Shown in pieces: positions 50,790 through 63,626 of a stretch of DNA of 64,000 nt. Position 1 is the stretch's first letter. Each line of letters begins with the position of its first letter. Location of the stretch: positions 116,746,001-116,810,000 of the forward strand of contig OX597820.1 in the NCBI GenBank assembly GCA_951406725.2. The letters are read 5' to 3'. Source of the stretch: Octopus vulgaris. Lineage: Eukaryota. The notes beneath the pieces are model-generated. The model searched no databases, was not told where the DNA came from, and saw nothing but the letters and a program-made list of their open reading frames with translations. The position numbers were made by a program, and so were the translations under genes.

Positions 50790-52740
50790 TGATATCAGGA
50801 TGGAATTTGGGATTAAAAAGTGTGATATGCTTATCATATAAAACGGCAGAGTAGTGTCATGTGATGATGTGGAACTATTCAATGGAAACAAAATCAAGGA
50901 CATCGAGATAGATGGGTGTAAGTATCTAGGTATTTTGGAGTCTGACAAAATCAAGGAGAGTGAGATGAAGGAAAGCTTTAGGTGAGAATACCTGAGAAGA
51001 ACCAAATTAATTATGGAAAGAACGAGATCAGGGCAATGAATACATGGTTCATCTCCTTAATGCGATACGGCACAGATGTTTTTATGTGGATAAAGAAAGA
51101 ACTTGAAGAAATGGACAGAAAAAAAATAAACAGGTAAGCGATGAAAATAGACAAAAGCCTGCACCCCAAAAGCAATATTGATAAAGTGTGTGTGCCTAAG
51201 GGCGAGGAAGAAAGAGACCTTATAGGATTCAAGATCTGTGTTGTGAATGAAGAAAACAGTCTGGGCTGGTTCGTGAGGCAGCAGATTGAACCCTTGTTTG
51301 TTGCTCTTAGAAACAACAACACGATACCTTGTCAAAATGTGACATCCATAAAAACATTGAAGAAACAAGATGGGGAACAAAGGTTAAACAAGTGGAAAAT
51401 AAAAATGATGAATGGAAAATACTTGAGAGAAATCAAAGGGAAAGACAAGTCCAACACCGGGAGGTGGCTAAGAAAAAGTGATCTGAAATGATGCTCTGAG
51501 GCATTGATATGCAGCACCTAGAAACATGCTCTGAGAACTAATTACTCCAAGTTCCAAATAGATAAGAATAGCAAATTGCCCCTTTGCAGGATGTGTGGCA
51601 GCGAAACTGAAACAGTCTCACATATTATGAGTGGGTGTAGCAAACTGGCTGAAAAGGAATACAAAAAGAGGCACTATGATGTGGATAAGTTTGTTCACAG
51701 GAGATTGTGTGAAAGGTATGATCTTGAAGGAGAAGAAATGGTATGGGCATTAACCTGAAGGCATCACTGAGGATAATGAGTATAAGATGTTATGGAATTT
51801 TACAATCCAATATGACTTGGGGATTGATGTTCAGAGACCAGATATTTTGGTTAGCGGATAAAAGGAAGAAGGAAACCAGATCATAGATGTAGCCATATCT
51901 GGGAAAACATGAGTGGGTGGGAAAGAGCTGGGAAAGACTGGAAAAGTACAAGCTGCTAAAAAAGATGAAATTGCACGAATGGGGGAAATGAAGAGAGTAA
52001 CATTAATCTCGGTAGTTGTCAGGGCACCGGGGACACTAACATCCAGGTTTGAGAAATATGTTGGAGAAACTGGAATTGATATGAACATAGGACATCATCA
52101 TCATCATCATCATTTAACGTCCGGTTTCCATGCTAGCATGGGTTGGATGGTTCGACTGGGGTCTGGTAAGCCGTGGAGGCTGCATCAGGCTCTAGTCTGA
52201 TTTGGCAGAGTTTCTACAGCTGGATGCCCTTCCTAACGCCAACCACTCCGTGAGTGTAGTGGGTATTTTTTACGTGCCACCAGCACAGGGGCCAGAGCAG
52301 GCTGGCAAATGGCCATGATCGGTTGGTGCTTTTACGTGTCACCAACACGGACGCTAGTCAGGCGGTGCTGGCGTCTGCCACATTCAGAAGGTGCTTTTTA
52401 TGTGTCACCGGCACAGGTGTGTTAACTACAAATTCCATTTGAATTTTTATTTTGATGTTGACGTACTTGACTCAATAGGTCTCCTCAAGAACAGTGGGTC
52501 ACTCTACAATCCAAGGTTAGCACAGCAGGCCGTCCTGCGAGCCATGAACTCACTTCATTTGTCAGGTCTGCTCAAAAAACTGCTCTAAAGGAGTTTGAGA
52601 TTTGTAATTGGGTGTTAAGTATAGTGGAAAGAGATCTTGTGAGACCTTTGACAACAGGTTGCTGTCTGCTCTCATGGAATTAACCGAAGCAAGGAAAATT
52701 AAGAGCTCTGAGAAGTAAAATGGAAATATCTTGCGGAAAA
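50790..52740 (+). pseudogene. R4/Dong-like non-LTR retrotransposon relic (RT C-terminus, CCHC knuckle, restriction-like endonuclease), interrupted by a family D element at ~52093-52565
   Basis: DIRMEFGIKKC, KYLGILESD, WLRKSDLK, CRMCGSETETVSHIMSGCSKLAEKEYKKRH, RPDI...IIDVAI, with stops and frameshifts. Confidence 0.8.
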
Positions 52741-52768
52741 AAATATATATCTCCTGGACTTACAAATA

Positions 52769-52990
52769 CTCTTTACTCTTTTACTCTTTTACTTGTTTCA
52801 GTCATTTGACTGCGGCCATGCTGGAGCACCGCCTTTAGTCGAGCAAATCGACCCCGGGACTTATTCTTTGTAAGCCCAGTACTTATTCTATTGGTCTCTT
52901 TTGCCGAACTGCTAAGTGACGGGAATGTAAGCACACAAGCATCGGTTATCAAGCAATGCTAGGGGGACAAACACAGACACACAAACACAT

Positions 52991-53031
<41 letters not shown>

Positions 53032-53190
53032 TACGACAGGCTTCTTTCAGTTTCCGTCTACCAAATCCACTCACAAGGCATTGGTCGGCCCGGGGCTATA
53101 GCAGAAGACACTTGCCCAAGATGCCATGCAGTGGGACTGAACCCGGAACCATGTGGTTGGTTAGCAAGCTACTTACCACACAGCCACTCT
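52769..53190 (-). mobile_element. SINE family A
   Basis: Reverse copy. Confidence 0.85.
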
Positions 53191-54129
53191 AACCTACAGA
53201 AAAAACAGCATTGCAAGGCACCACACACATCCTGCACTTTTGGTGCAGTAAAAATAACAACAAAACAAACCCAAGGACCATAGAGCCGCGCTTAACTGTG
53301 CAGCAAAAGCATGCAGTAGAAATAAGACTACAGAGTAATAACAACAACAACAACAACGACAACAACAAGTAACAATATGGTATTATTTAGGAGAGATTAG
53401 TTTCCACTGTTTCGTGATGTGAACCAATTTGGTGTGGAGATTAAAAGAATACAAATATTTCCTTGTGATTTTAATCACCATAGCTAAACAGGTCTTGTAT
53501 TAATTCTTTGTTTCTGGTTCCATGTTACTAAAAGAGATTAATAAAGATAAAAGCAGAACAGAGAAAATGGAACTGGAGAGAATTCTGACTCAGAGAAAAT
53601 AAAAATAAATGTTAATGCTTGTTTATTTATTCTGTAATTTCTGAGATTTATCAGAAGTCTACTGTGGAATCAGACTTAGAGTGCATTGTGTGTGTGAGAG
53701 AGAGAGAGAGAGAAGATGAGAGGGGAAAGATAGCGAGAGATTATATAAACTCACAGGAATCATCATCATCGTCCACTTTTTCATTCTTGTATGGGGGAGA
53801 CAAAATTTGTTGAGACAGTCTTTCTATGGCTAGGTGCCTTTCCTGTCATCAACCCTCACATATTTTCAAGCAAGGTGAGTTAGACATTTTTCACAAATGA
53901 TTGAAAATATAGAAATATTAATATTTCTAAGTCTCTCTAAAGGAAACTACGGCAGCGGTACTGGTAATTAACAGTTATCGCCAAGCTAATATGGCAGTCC
54001 ATATATATAAGACTAAAGCTGCCGTTGATTAGCTCCAACAGGCCATTGCCTCTAGCTAGCTATATGACACACGAACCATTATAACCTTCGAACAGGGGAG
54101 GCCAACAACTTCTCCTTGCTGATCAGGCA

Positions 54130-54172
54130 TCTGCAGACATGTTTCAGGGTATTTGCCCTTTGTCAATGCAGA
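54130..54172 (-). ncRNA. degenerate minimal hammerhead motif, different family
   Basis: TCTGCA-TTGACAA-AGGG caaata CCCT-GAAA-CATG-TC-TGCAGA. Perfect 6-bp stem I, 4-bp stem II, palindromic ACATGT stem III and GUC triplet; core differs from CTGACGA at two positions. Confidence 0.6.
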
Positions 54173-54257
54173 GTGGCCAGACCTAGCAGGCATCGCTGCT
54201 GACCGTCTGTTCGAAGGATTATTGAAAATATATATATATATATATAAATATAAATAT

Positions 54258-54543
54258 GAAAAATCAACGAAAATGCACATTGCAAATATAAAAAGGCTAT
54301 TTATGACAGGTAACGACAAATATATACATTTAGATTGACTGAGGTAGTAATACGAGTCATAAAGGTCATTATTATGAGATGATTATAAGATGATAATAAA
54401 GTAAGAGAACATCTTATAATCATCTCATAATAATGACTTTTATGACTCATATTACTACCCCAGTCAATCTAAATGTATATATTTGTCACTACCTGTCATA
54501 AATAGCCTTTTTTATTTGCAATATGCATTTTCGTTGATTTTTC
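54258..54543. repeat. long inverted repeat (135-bp arms, 17-nt spacer)
   Basis: Arm 54258-54392 is the reverse complement of 54410-54543 with few mismatches; mirrored ORFs MSLPVINSLF appear on both strands. Confidence 0.95.
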
Positions 54544-54990
54544 CTATTTTACCCTTACATTTCCACGTGTATTTTATATTTTCTTTTCGGAACATTTTTC
54601 TACTATATATAAAATATATATATAAATTTACTTGTATAATGAAGATGCTCATTTACAATCGTTATGTTATGTCCAAACAATGATACACACAAACACACAT
54701 ATATTCAAGTCATTTAACATCTGTTTTCCATGCTGGCATGGGTTGAATGGTTTGACAGGAGCTGGCACGATCAGGAGCAGCACTAGTCATCATTGCCTGT
54801 TTTGGTAGGGTTTCTAGGATTGGATGCCCTTCCTAATGTCAACCACTTTACAGTGCGTACTGGGTGCTTTTTACATAGCACCAGAATTATTGCTTTATAT
54901 CATCATCATCATCATCATTGTTGCTTAACATCCGCTTTCAATGATGGGTTGGATGGTTTGACTGAGGACTGGCAAGCCAGAAGGCTGCGC

Positions 54991-55878
54991 GGATCTTTTC
55001 TATTCTGAAGCCAGTTTTTTCAAATTTTTCCTACTGAACCAAACAATTTGAAACTTCGTATACTGGTAGAATGTGTCAAAAGTAAACTTAATTGTAAACC
55101 AGAATGAAAACGGAATTGTAACTTCTAAGTTTAACGTTGTTTAATAATTAGAATTTTAACCAATGATATTCCGTCATTCGGCTTTATTTTATTTACTCCG
55201 TCTCGACCACCAATTTCGTGATGTATTAAACATCTTAAATGTAAACAAGCGCATCCTTCTAATTATTTAACGTACTCATGTTTCCAGGATCCTATAGTCA
55301 GCCACCTTCTAATAACAATATTTAAAACTAGTTAATAAGCCACATGTATTAAATTGAAAATGTTTCCATTCTGTTAGTACTTGCTTTCGTTTGCTATTAA
55401 GAAGTGGCATCTCAGTGACGAGGCTTCTAACAAGATTTCGTTTCTAAGCTAATGCGTTTCATTTCACTTATTGTATTTATTTGTGCAAAAGGCAAGAAAT
55501 TTAGGCGAAGTTTCGCGCCGAATTAAAAAAGCAAAGAGCTGGCAGAAACATTAGCACACCGGGCGAAATGCGTAGCCGTATTTCGTCTGCCATTACGTTC
55601 TGTGTTTGTTTACAGTTTTCTGAACGTTAGTACGTCACAAAAGCGCTTTCTACGTCACACTAATAGAATGCAGTCAAGTTTTACACATGAAAACAAACAA
55701 TCTGATTGGTTAAAATTCGCAGTTTTAATCTACGATTAAAGTCATAAAATAGATTTTTCTCAAATAAACTAGTTCCAACCTGTGTCTTGTTTTGCTAGAC
55801 TCTATCAGCATACGAAGTTTCAGATTATTTAGTTAAGTAGAAAGATCTGTGGTCCTGGCTTCAGAATTGAAAAGATCC
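54991..55878. mobile_element. TIR element with 8-bp TSD (Merlin-like by termini), inserted in a family D element
   Basis: TIRs GGATCTTTTCTATTCTGAAGCCAG / CTGGCTTCAGAATTGAAAAGATCC; TSD GGCTGCGC at 54983-54990 and 55879-55886. Confidence 0.8.
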
Positions 55879-57709
55879 GGCTGCGCCAGGCTCCAATCTG
55901 ATCTGGCAGAGTTTTTACAGCTGGATGCCCTCCCTAATGCCAACCGCTCCAAGAGTGTAGTGGGTGCTTTTATGTACTGCCGGCACAGAGGCCAGTCAGG
56001 CGGCACTGGCAACAACCGTGCTCAAATGGTGTTTTTTACATGCCACCTGCATGAGAGCCAGTCTGGCGGCACTGGCAATGACCGTGCTTGAATGTTGTTT
56101 TTCACATGCCACTGGCACAGGTGCCAGTAAGGTGATGGTGGCAATGATCATGCTCGAATGGTGCTTTTTACATGCCACCTGCACGGGAGCCAATCAGGCG
56201 GTACTGTCATTGGCCAAATCAGCGATTTTGATTTCACTTGCTTCAACAGGTCTTTGCAAGTAAAGTTTATTGTCCAATGAATGAAGGATACTCTTAAGTG
56301 GGCTGGTTTTTGCACCACTGTCATAGGCCATGGGTCATGGTCTCACTTGGCTTACCAGATCTTCTTAAACACATCATATCTCCAAAGGTCTCTCTCTCTG
56401 TATAGGCAGAAACAAGGAGAATGCCCCTTGTATTTGAATACTATGCAAATATTCTTTTTAAAAACTTTTCATTCACTTTTTCCAAAATTTAATTCTTTTC
56501 CATACTTACTGTTGAAAAAATCTCAATGACTGAAACTGGTACTGAAATGTTTTTTATAAAATTATTTTAGCATTTTTTACCTTGAGTTTTTTTCCCTATA
56601 TATATATACACACACACACACACATTTAAATGTGTGCATATACATTTTTTGTTTTCATCAATGAAATCCGCACCCAAGGCTTTGGTCAACCTGAAGCTAA
56701 TGTCAAACACATTTGTCCTAGATGCCATGCAGTGGGACTGAACTCAAGATCATACAATTGGAAAGCAAGCTTCATAACCACATGGCCATGCCTGTGCCTA
56801 TATAAAATCTATATAAATAGATAGATGATGATGATGGCTGTCCACTCAGGAGTGAGAAAGACTATCACTGACCATTGCCCATGTGAAATGCTAGCAATGC
56901 CTGTGCATGAGGCAAATTGTACCAACAGCTGGCTTCACCCAGGTTCACATCTGTGGTTTTCATGCTTGCCGTGACTCCCTCCTACTCAACTGGGTAACTG
57001 TAAAACATAAAACTTTAGGTCCAATAAGGCTTGCACAGCACCTCACCCCACATCCTCTCCACTCTACTGACACTTCTAGAGAAAGCCAGGTCAAGATGTC
57101 AAGTGCCAATATGGGTTGAAGGTTCAGGGATATCAGAAAATCATGATCTCAGGGGCAAGCAAAAGATTCCCCAAATGTCTGATGCCATTCCCTGCATATC
57201 TGGTTTTATATTAGAGTGACCTTCTCCTAGAGACATGCTTTAGCAAAAGCTAAGGGCTGCCTTACTCCCAGTGGTCTTGCAGTACATTGGACACCAACCC
57301 AGAATTTCTTTAGGTTTAGCGCCACATAACTGGCTCCTGTGTTGGTGGTACTAAAAGAGCACCATTTGAGTGTGGTCGATGCCAGTGCCACCTGACTGGC
57401 TCCCATACCAGTAGCATGTAAAAAGCACCCACTACACTCTCGGAGTGTTTGGCATTAAAAATGAGCATCCATCTGTAGAAACCTTGCCAGATCAGATTGG
57501 AGCCTGGTGCATCCTCCTGGCTTGCTAGTCTTCAGTCAAACCATCCAACCCATGCCAGCATGGAAAGCAAACATTAAACGATTATGATGATATCTTTATT
57601 GCTACATTGTCGTTAAACCTACACAAGGTTCATCTGTCCTTTTGACAGGTCTTGTTTTTAGTTCTACTGGATTTCTAGCAACCCTCCTCATATGTGTGTG
57701 TGTGTGTGT

Positions 57710-57746
<37 letters not shown>

Positions 57747-58026
57747 CGTCTCCTTGCCTTGTCATCACGTGATAGTTGTAAAAACCTATCACCAACATAC
57801 AAATAGTGTTATTCATTGCCAATCTGCCATGAAAACATGTCTGGTCATGAGGAAATATTACCTTACTTGGAAATGGGTGAAGGTTTGCAGCAGGCGGGGC
57901 ATCTGGCTGTAGAAAATCTGCCTCACCAAATTCCATCTGACCCATGCAAGCATAGAAAAGTTGACACTAAATGATAATGATGATGATGATATTTCTAACC
58001 CCTATTATATAACATTGTCTTTGTAG

Positions 58027-58315
58027 TCATAGCAACCATCACATAACGAGGAAACAGTTCCAGCAGTGCTTGTCTATCATGAATTTACCATTTACCAAAG
58101 CAGAGATCGATGCCATTGAAGCTCGCTTCAGCAATGACATAGGATTCAACTACATGACGTTTCTCTATGAATTACTGTCGGACGAATACCAGCTATGTCC
58201 ACCTCGTTATCCGACATTAAAGAAAGAGGTTTTCCATTTGAGCAGAAATAAGTCATTGCAAGAATCTGACGCCAATGTCCACGAAGAAGATGTGCTGACC
58301 AAAATTAAGAATAAG
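58027..58315 (+). CDS. EF-hand protein coding exon 12 (gene continues beyond the window)
   Basis: tgtctttgtag| (H)HSNHHITRKQFQQCLSIMNLPFTKAEIDAIEARFSNDIGFNYMTFLYEL...EEDVLTKIKNK |GTAAGG. Phase 2/0; no stop reached. Confidence 0.9.
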
Positions 58316-58685
58316 GTAAGGACTGTGTAAATGTTTAAATGAGAAGCCTATTATCGTTTGTCATTTGTGAGCTTCTGTTACTGGGCTGTGGCCATGCTGG
58401 GGCAGCACCTCCACTGGTTTGGTTGAACAAATCAACCCTAGGACATTGTTTTTTTTTTTTTTATATAAGTCTGAGACTTATTCTATCATTCTCTTTAGCT
58501 TAACCATTTAGCTACAGGGACATACCCAAACCAACACCAGTTGTCAAGCGGGGGTTGGGGGGACAAACACAGATGCATGCTCGCATTCTTACATACACAT
58601 ACACACACATACATGCATACATACACATACACAAATGCATATACACCAACCACCCACTACCCCACACACATACACATTTGTGTAT

Positions 58686-59080
58686 ATATATATATAAAGC
58701 TGAAGTTGTCTGTGCATGGCAAGTTTGGTAGCCTTCAACTAACACTATCTCCTCGGAGACCCTGCAGCGCAAGTTGGTCAAAATTGAGAGTATGATAGAA
58801 GAAGGCTTGCTCTTCCTTCCATAAAACAAAAATTCAAATCAGACCATGTTAAGATCAAAAATTATTTACATCAAAAAGGTGCTTTTTTTCTATGAAAATC
58901 CCTATTTTTAACGATTTTTTTTACTGCTGTGTCGCCATTTTTCTGTGTATTTCAACCAGAAAAATGTTCACTTAAAGAGAATAACAAGCTACATAATGCA
59001 AAATTTTTACTTTTCAAAAATTCCAATTCTAAAGGGTCAAAAAGAAAACAAACCCGAGCAACGCCAGGCTATACTGCTAG
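58686..59080 (+). mobile_element. non-autonomous Helitron
   Basis: Ends cccgagcaacgccaggctatactgCTAG; homologous to 40153-40544. Confidence 0.8.
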
Positions 59081-59086
59081 TGTATG

Positions 59087-59133
<47 letters not shown>

Positions 59134-59174
59134 TATTTAGTTTCAGCTCACAAGCTGTGGCCATGCTGGGGCAC

Positions 59175-59442
59175 CGCAGTATCGCCCGGTGTTGTGGTTT
59201 GTTTCGACCCTTTAGAATTGGAATTTTTGAAAAGTAAAAATTTGGCAGTATGTAGCTTGTTATTCTCTTTAAGTGAAATACACTGAAAAATAGTGACACA
59301 GCAGTCAAAACATCATAAAAAATAGGGATTTTCATAGAAAAAAGGCACCTTTTTAATATAAATAATTTTTAGTGTTAACATGGTCTGATTTGAATTTTTT
59401 CTTCTATGGAAGGAAGAGCTAGCCTTCTTCTATCATACTCTC
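59175..59442 (-). mobile_element. partial Helitron copy, inverted to 58686-59080
   Basis: Reverse complement of ~58790-59075. Confidence 0.75.
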
Positions 59443-59923
59443 ATATATATATGTATATATGTATATATATACATACATATATATATGATGATATATATAT
59501 CTATTAATACGAAAAAACCCTCCAGGCTACATCCCGAAAATTCATTTCTTTGCCAAATTTCTACAATGTTTACGGCGATTCGTTTTTATATCTTGATTTT
59601 TTATTTTTCATGCAATTTACGCATGCTTGCACGCGTGGTGAACACAGTTCATGTCAAACAGCTGACTGAGTAAAGTTCACTATTCAATGCATAGGATAAG
59701 GCCTAAACAATCACATTATCAATTTTTGAACTTGCGAGATGAATTTCGGAACAGAAATAGCACAGTTCAATTTTTATTCGCCTAAACTTTTAAGTGACCC
59801 ATTTTTGGTGGTTCTACGATTTGTTGGCTAGGAGGAGATATGCTGGGAAGTTAAACACACAGACACACACACACACACAGATACACACACAGACACACGA
59901 GTTGAGTTTTATATATATAGATA

Positions 59924-60436
59924 TCTATATATATAAAACTCTAGTTGTGTGAGTGTCTGTCCCCTTCGATTTAGATTCCTAACTCCTCCCACATTTTGCG
60001 GTGCAGTTTAACCAAATTCGGGTATCTTATAGTCGTGATTCATATCGAGCCCATCTGGCTATTAGCGCGCGTCAACGATGAGTCTACGATTTAAAAAATA
60101 ATTTAACATCATTTTTTATTCCATTTTAATGCATAATTTTTTGTGTGTCGATGGCGGCGGAGTTGGCGTCCATGGTCACACCTGCACCTGTTTGCTTCTC
60201 CCCCTTCTTCCCTCCCTCGTGAAGCTGTGGGGAAGGGAGTGTAAAGAAATCAATGTCGTAATGCGTTGTCAAGGAAACTAGCGTTCTTTTAGAACAACGA
60301 CTTCATGGCTTGAAGACACCAAAACAGAAATGGCTAAGAAAGCCCGAATTGGCATCTATAAGGGAAGTAACTCTCTAAAAATGCTTATATAGTTATTTCC
60401 TTTACAAACCCGAGCAACGCCGGGCGATACTGCTAG
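59924..60436 (+). mobile_element. non-autonomous Helitron
   Basis: A|TCTATATATATAAAAC ... CCCGAGCAACGCCGGGCGATACTGCTAG|T. Confidence 0.85.
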
Positions 60437-60689
60437 TATTTGTATAAAGCAGTGAGGTTGTTGATAGTTTTGTTCATTACAAGTTGATTACATTTAAAGA
60501 GGTGACAGTGAGAAGATTGCACCACCGGCCCTCATAAAGTGCAAGTGTGGCTGTGTGGTTGACGAGCTTGTTTCACAATCATATGGTCTTGGGTTCAAAA
60601 CCACTGCCTGACACCTTGGGCCAACCAAAGCCTTGTGAGTGGATTTGATAGAGGGAAACAGAAAGAAGCCCATTGTATGTATGTATGTA

Positions 60690-60774
<85 letters not shown>

Positions 60775-60781
60775 GTGTGTA

Positions 60782-60846
<65 letters not shown>

Positions 60847-60850
60847 GTGT

Positions 60851-60881
<31 letters not shown>

Positions 60882-60882
60882 C

Positions 60883-60914
<32 letters not shown>

Positions 60915-60953
60915 ATGTGTGTGTGTGTGTATGTGTGTGTGTGTATGTATGTA

Positions 60954-60988
<35 letters not shown>

Positions 60989-61244
60989 GTATGTGTGTAT
61001 GTATGTGTGTATGTATGTGTGTATGTGTGTGTGTATATCTTTGTGTTTGTCCCTCACCACTACTTGCTAACTGGTATTGGTTTGTTTATATCTCCATAAC
61101 TTAGCAGTTTGGCAAAAAGAAACCAATAGAACACAAATATGAGGTTTAAAAGAAATAGGCTGTGGTTTGATTCATTTGACTGAGACACCTCAAGGTAATG
61201 CCCCAGCCTGGCCAAAGTCCAACTGAAACAAAAAATAAAAGGTT

Positions 61245-61281
<37 letters not shown>

Positions 61282-62651
61282 GAGCATCTGGCTGTGGAAA
61301 ATCTGCCGCCATAAGTTCTGCTTGACCCAAGCAAGCATGAAAGACATTAAACTGCTGGTTCTCAACCATTTTTTTGGCTTTTGGTTTCTATGTTAAACCA
61401 AGCAGTGTGTTAGGACCACTAAAAATGCAGAAGTCAATTACATGGACCCCAGTACAAAACTGGTACTTATTTCATTGACCCCCAACCCATCCACCCATCA
61501 AAAGATTAATAGGCAAAGACCCCAAAAGGATTAAAGGGCAAAGTCGAACCCAACAACATTTGAACTCAGAACTTAAAGTCTGAAGAACTGTTGCTAAGCA
61601 TTTCGTCTGGAATGGTAAACTATTCTGCCAAATCACTGTCGAATGATGTACAAATAATGACTTTGAATTTTAGCACAAGGCCAGCAGGTTCGGGGCAGAA
61701 GTTAAGTCATTTACATCAACCCCCAGTATTCAACTGGTACTTGTTTCATCAACCCCAAAAGGACTAAAAGGCAAAGTTGACCTCAGTGGAATTTGAACTC
61801 AGAACATAAAGACACAAAAAAATGCCAATAACCATTTCCTCTGGCATGCTAACGACCCAGCCAGCTTTCCACCTCATGATGTACAAATATTTATTTCTTT
61901 ATTTCCCACAGGGGGCTAAACATAGAGGGGACAAACGAGGACAGACAAAGGGATTGAATCAATTACATCGACCCCAGTGCGTAACTGGTACTTATTTAAT
62001 CGACCCCGAAAGGATGAAAGGCAAAGTTGACCTCGGTGGAATTTGAACTCAGAACGTAACGGTAGATGAAATACCTATTTCTTTATTACCCACAAGGGGC
62101 AAAACACAGAGGGGACAAAGAAGGACAGACATAGGTATTAAGTCGATTACATCGACGCCAGTGCGTAACTGGTACTTAATTTATCGACCCCGAAAGGATG
62201 AAAGGCAAAGTTGACCTCGGTGGAATTTGAACTCAGAACGTAACGGTAGACGAAATACCGCTAAGCATTTCGCCTGGCGCACTAACGACCCTGCCAACTT
62301 GCCCCCTCATGATGTACAAATATTAAAAACAAAATCAATATGTTTATCATTCGTTGTGCCAAATCAAGCTAAACTTGTGAATTTGATTTTGTGGGTTTTT
62401 CGTTTTATTCTCTATTTTTTTTTTTCCGATTAAACATTTAATAATTCAGATAGACATCATCAATATTTTATAGTAGACGTCATGCTTGTATGCTTTTTAC
62501 ATGCATAGGAGTAGATGAGATGAGGACACGAACGTTAAAGAGATGTGTGTGTGTGTCATAAGGATGTGAGTTTTTGTGTATGTGTGTATCATAAGTGTGT
62601 GTGTGTGTGTGTGTAAGTGACAGTATTATAGTGGTTATACCTTTGTGTATA

Positions 62652-62686
<35 letters not shown>

Positions 62687-62777
62687 GTGTATGTCTGTAT
62701 GTGTGCTCGAGTGTTTGGCTGAGTTTCACAGTGTATGAGTTGTTGCAGATGATGTTGTACTTTATCAATGAGTCTGT

Positions 62778-62818
<41 letters not shown>

Positions 62819-63246
62819 TATGCATGTGTGTGTGTGTGTGTGAGTATGCATGTGTGTGTGTGTGTGAGTATGCATGTGTGTGTGTGTGTGTGTGAGTATG
62901 CATGTGTGTGTGTGTGTGTGTGAGTATGCATGTGTGTGTCTGTGTGTGAGTATGCATGTGTGTGTGTGTGTGTGTCTGTGTCTGTGTGTGTGTGTGTGCA
63001 TGTGGCCCACTTGTTCAGGAAAACACATGCAGAAAAACATATATTTGCATTGTTTCGTGTTGATTTCCATAATGAAATCTAGAAACCGAGATAAGATTTT
63101 ACCCTTGGGCAAATATATAAATATCAGTTTGCTGTCAGCAATTTTTAATGCAGTGGGTCATCACCATCATCACCATCATCATCATCACCACCATCATCAG
63201 CAGCAGCAGCCGTGTCTTATCACCACCAGCCACTACCATCAGTAGA

Positions 63247-63626
63247 GGCGCAATGGCCCAGTAGTTAGGGCAGCGGACTCGCGGTCATAGGATCGCGGTT
63301 TCGATTCCCAGACCGGGCGTTGTGAGTGTTTATTGAGCGAAAACACCTAAAAGCTCCACAAGGCTCCGGCAGGGGATGGTGGTGATCCCTGCTGTACTCT
63401 TTCACCACAACTTTCTCTCACTCTTACTTCCTGTTTCTGTTGTACCTGTATTTCAAGGGGCCGGCCTTGTCACTCTCTGTGTCACGCTGAATATCCCCGA
63501 GAACTACGTTAAGGGTACACGTGTCTGTGGAGTGCTCAGCCACTTACACGTTAATTTCACAAGCAGGCTGTTCCGTTGATTCGGATCAACCGGAACCCTC
63601 ATCGTCGTAACCGACGGAGTGCTTCC
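63247..63626 (+). mobile_element. SINE family C
   Basis: Near-identical to 20316-20698; inserted in a (CAT/CAC)n tract. Confidence 0.85.

Noticed and set aside
17645-58315. Assigning a gene symbol such as CFAP115 or EFCAB6
   Set aside because: The family resemblance is from memory of the architecture only; orthology needs a database search.
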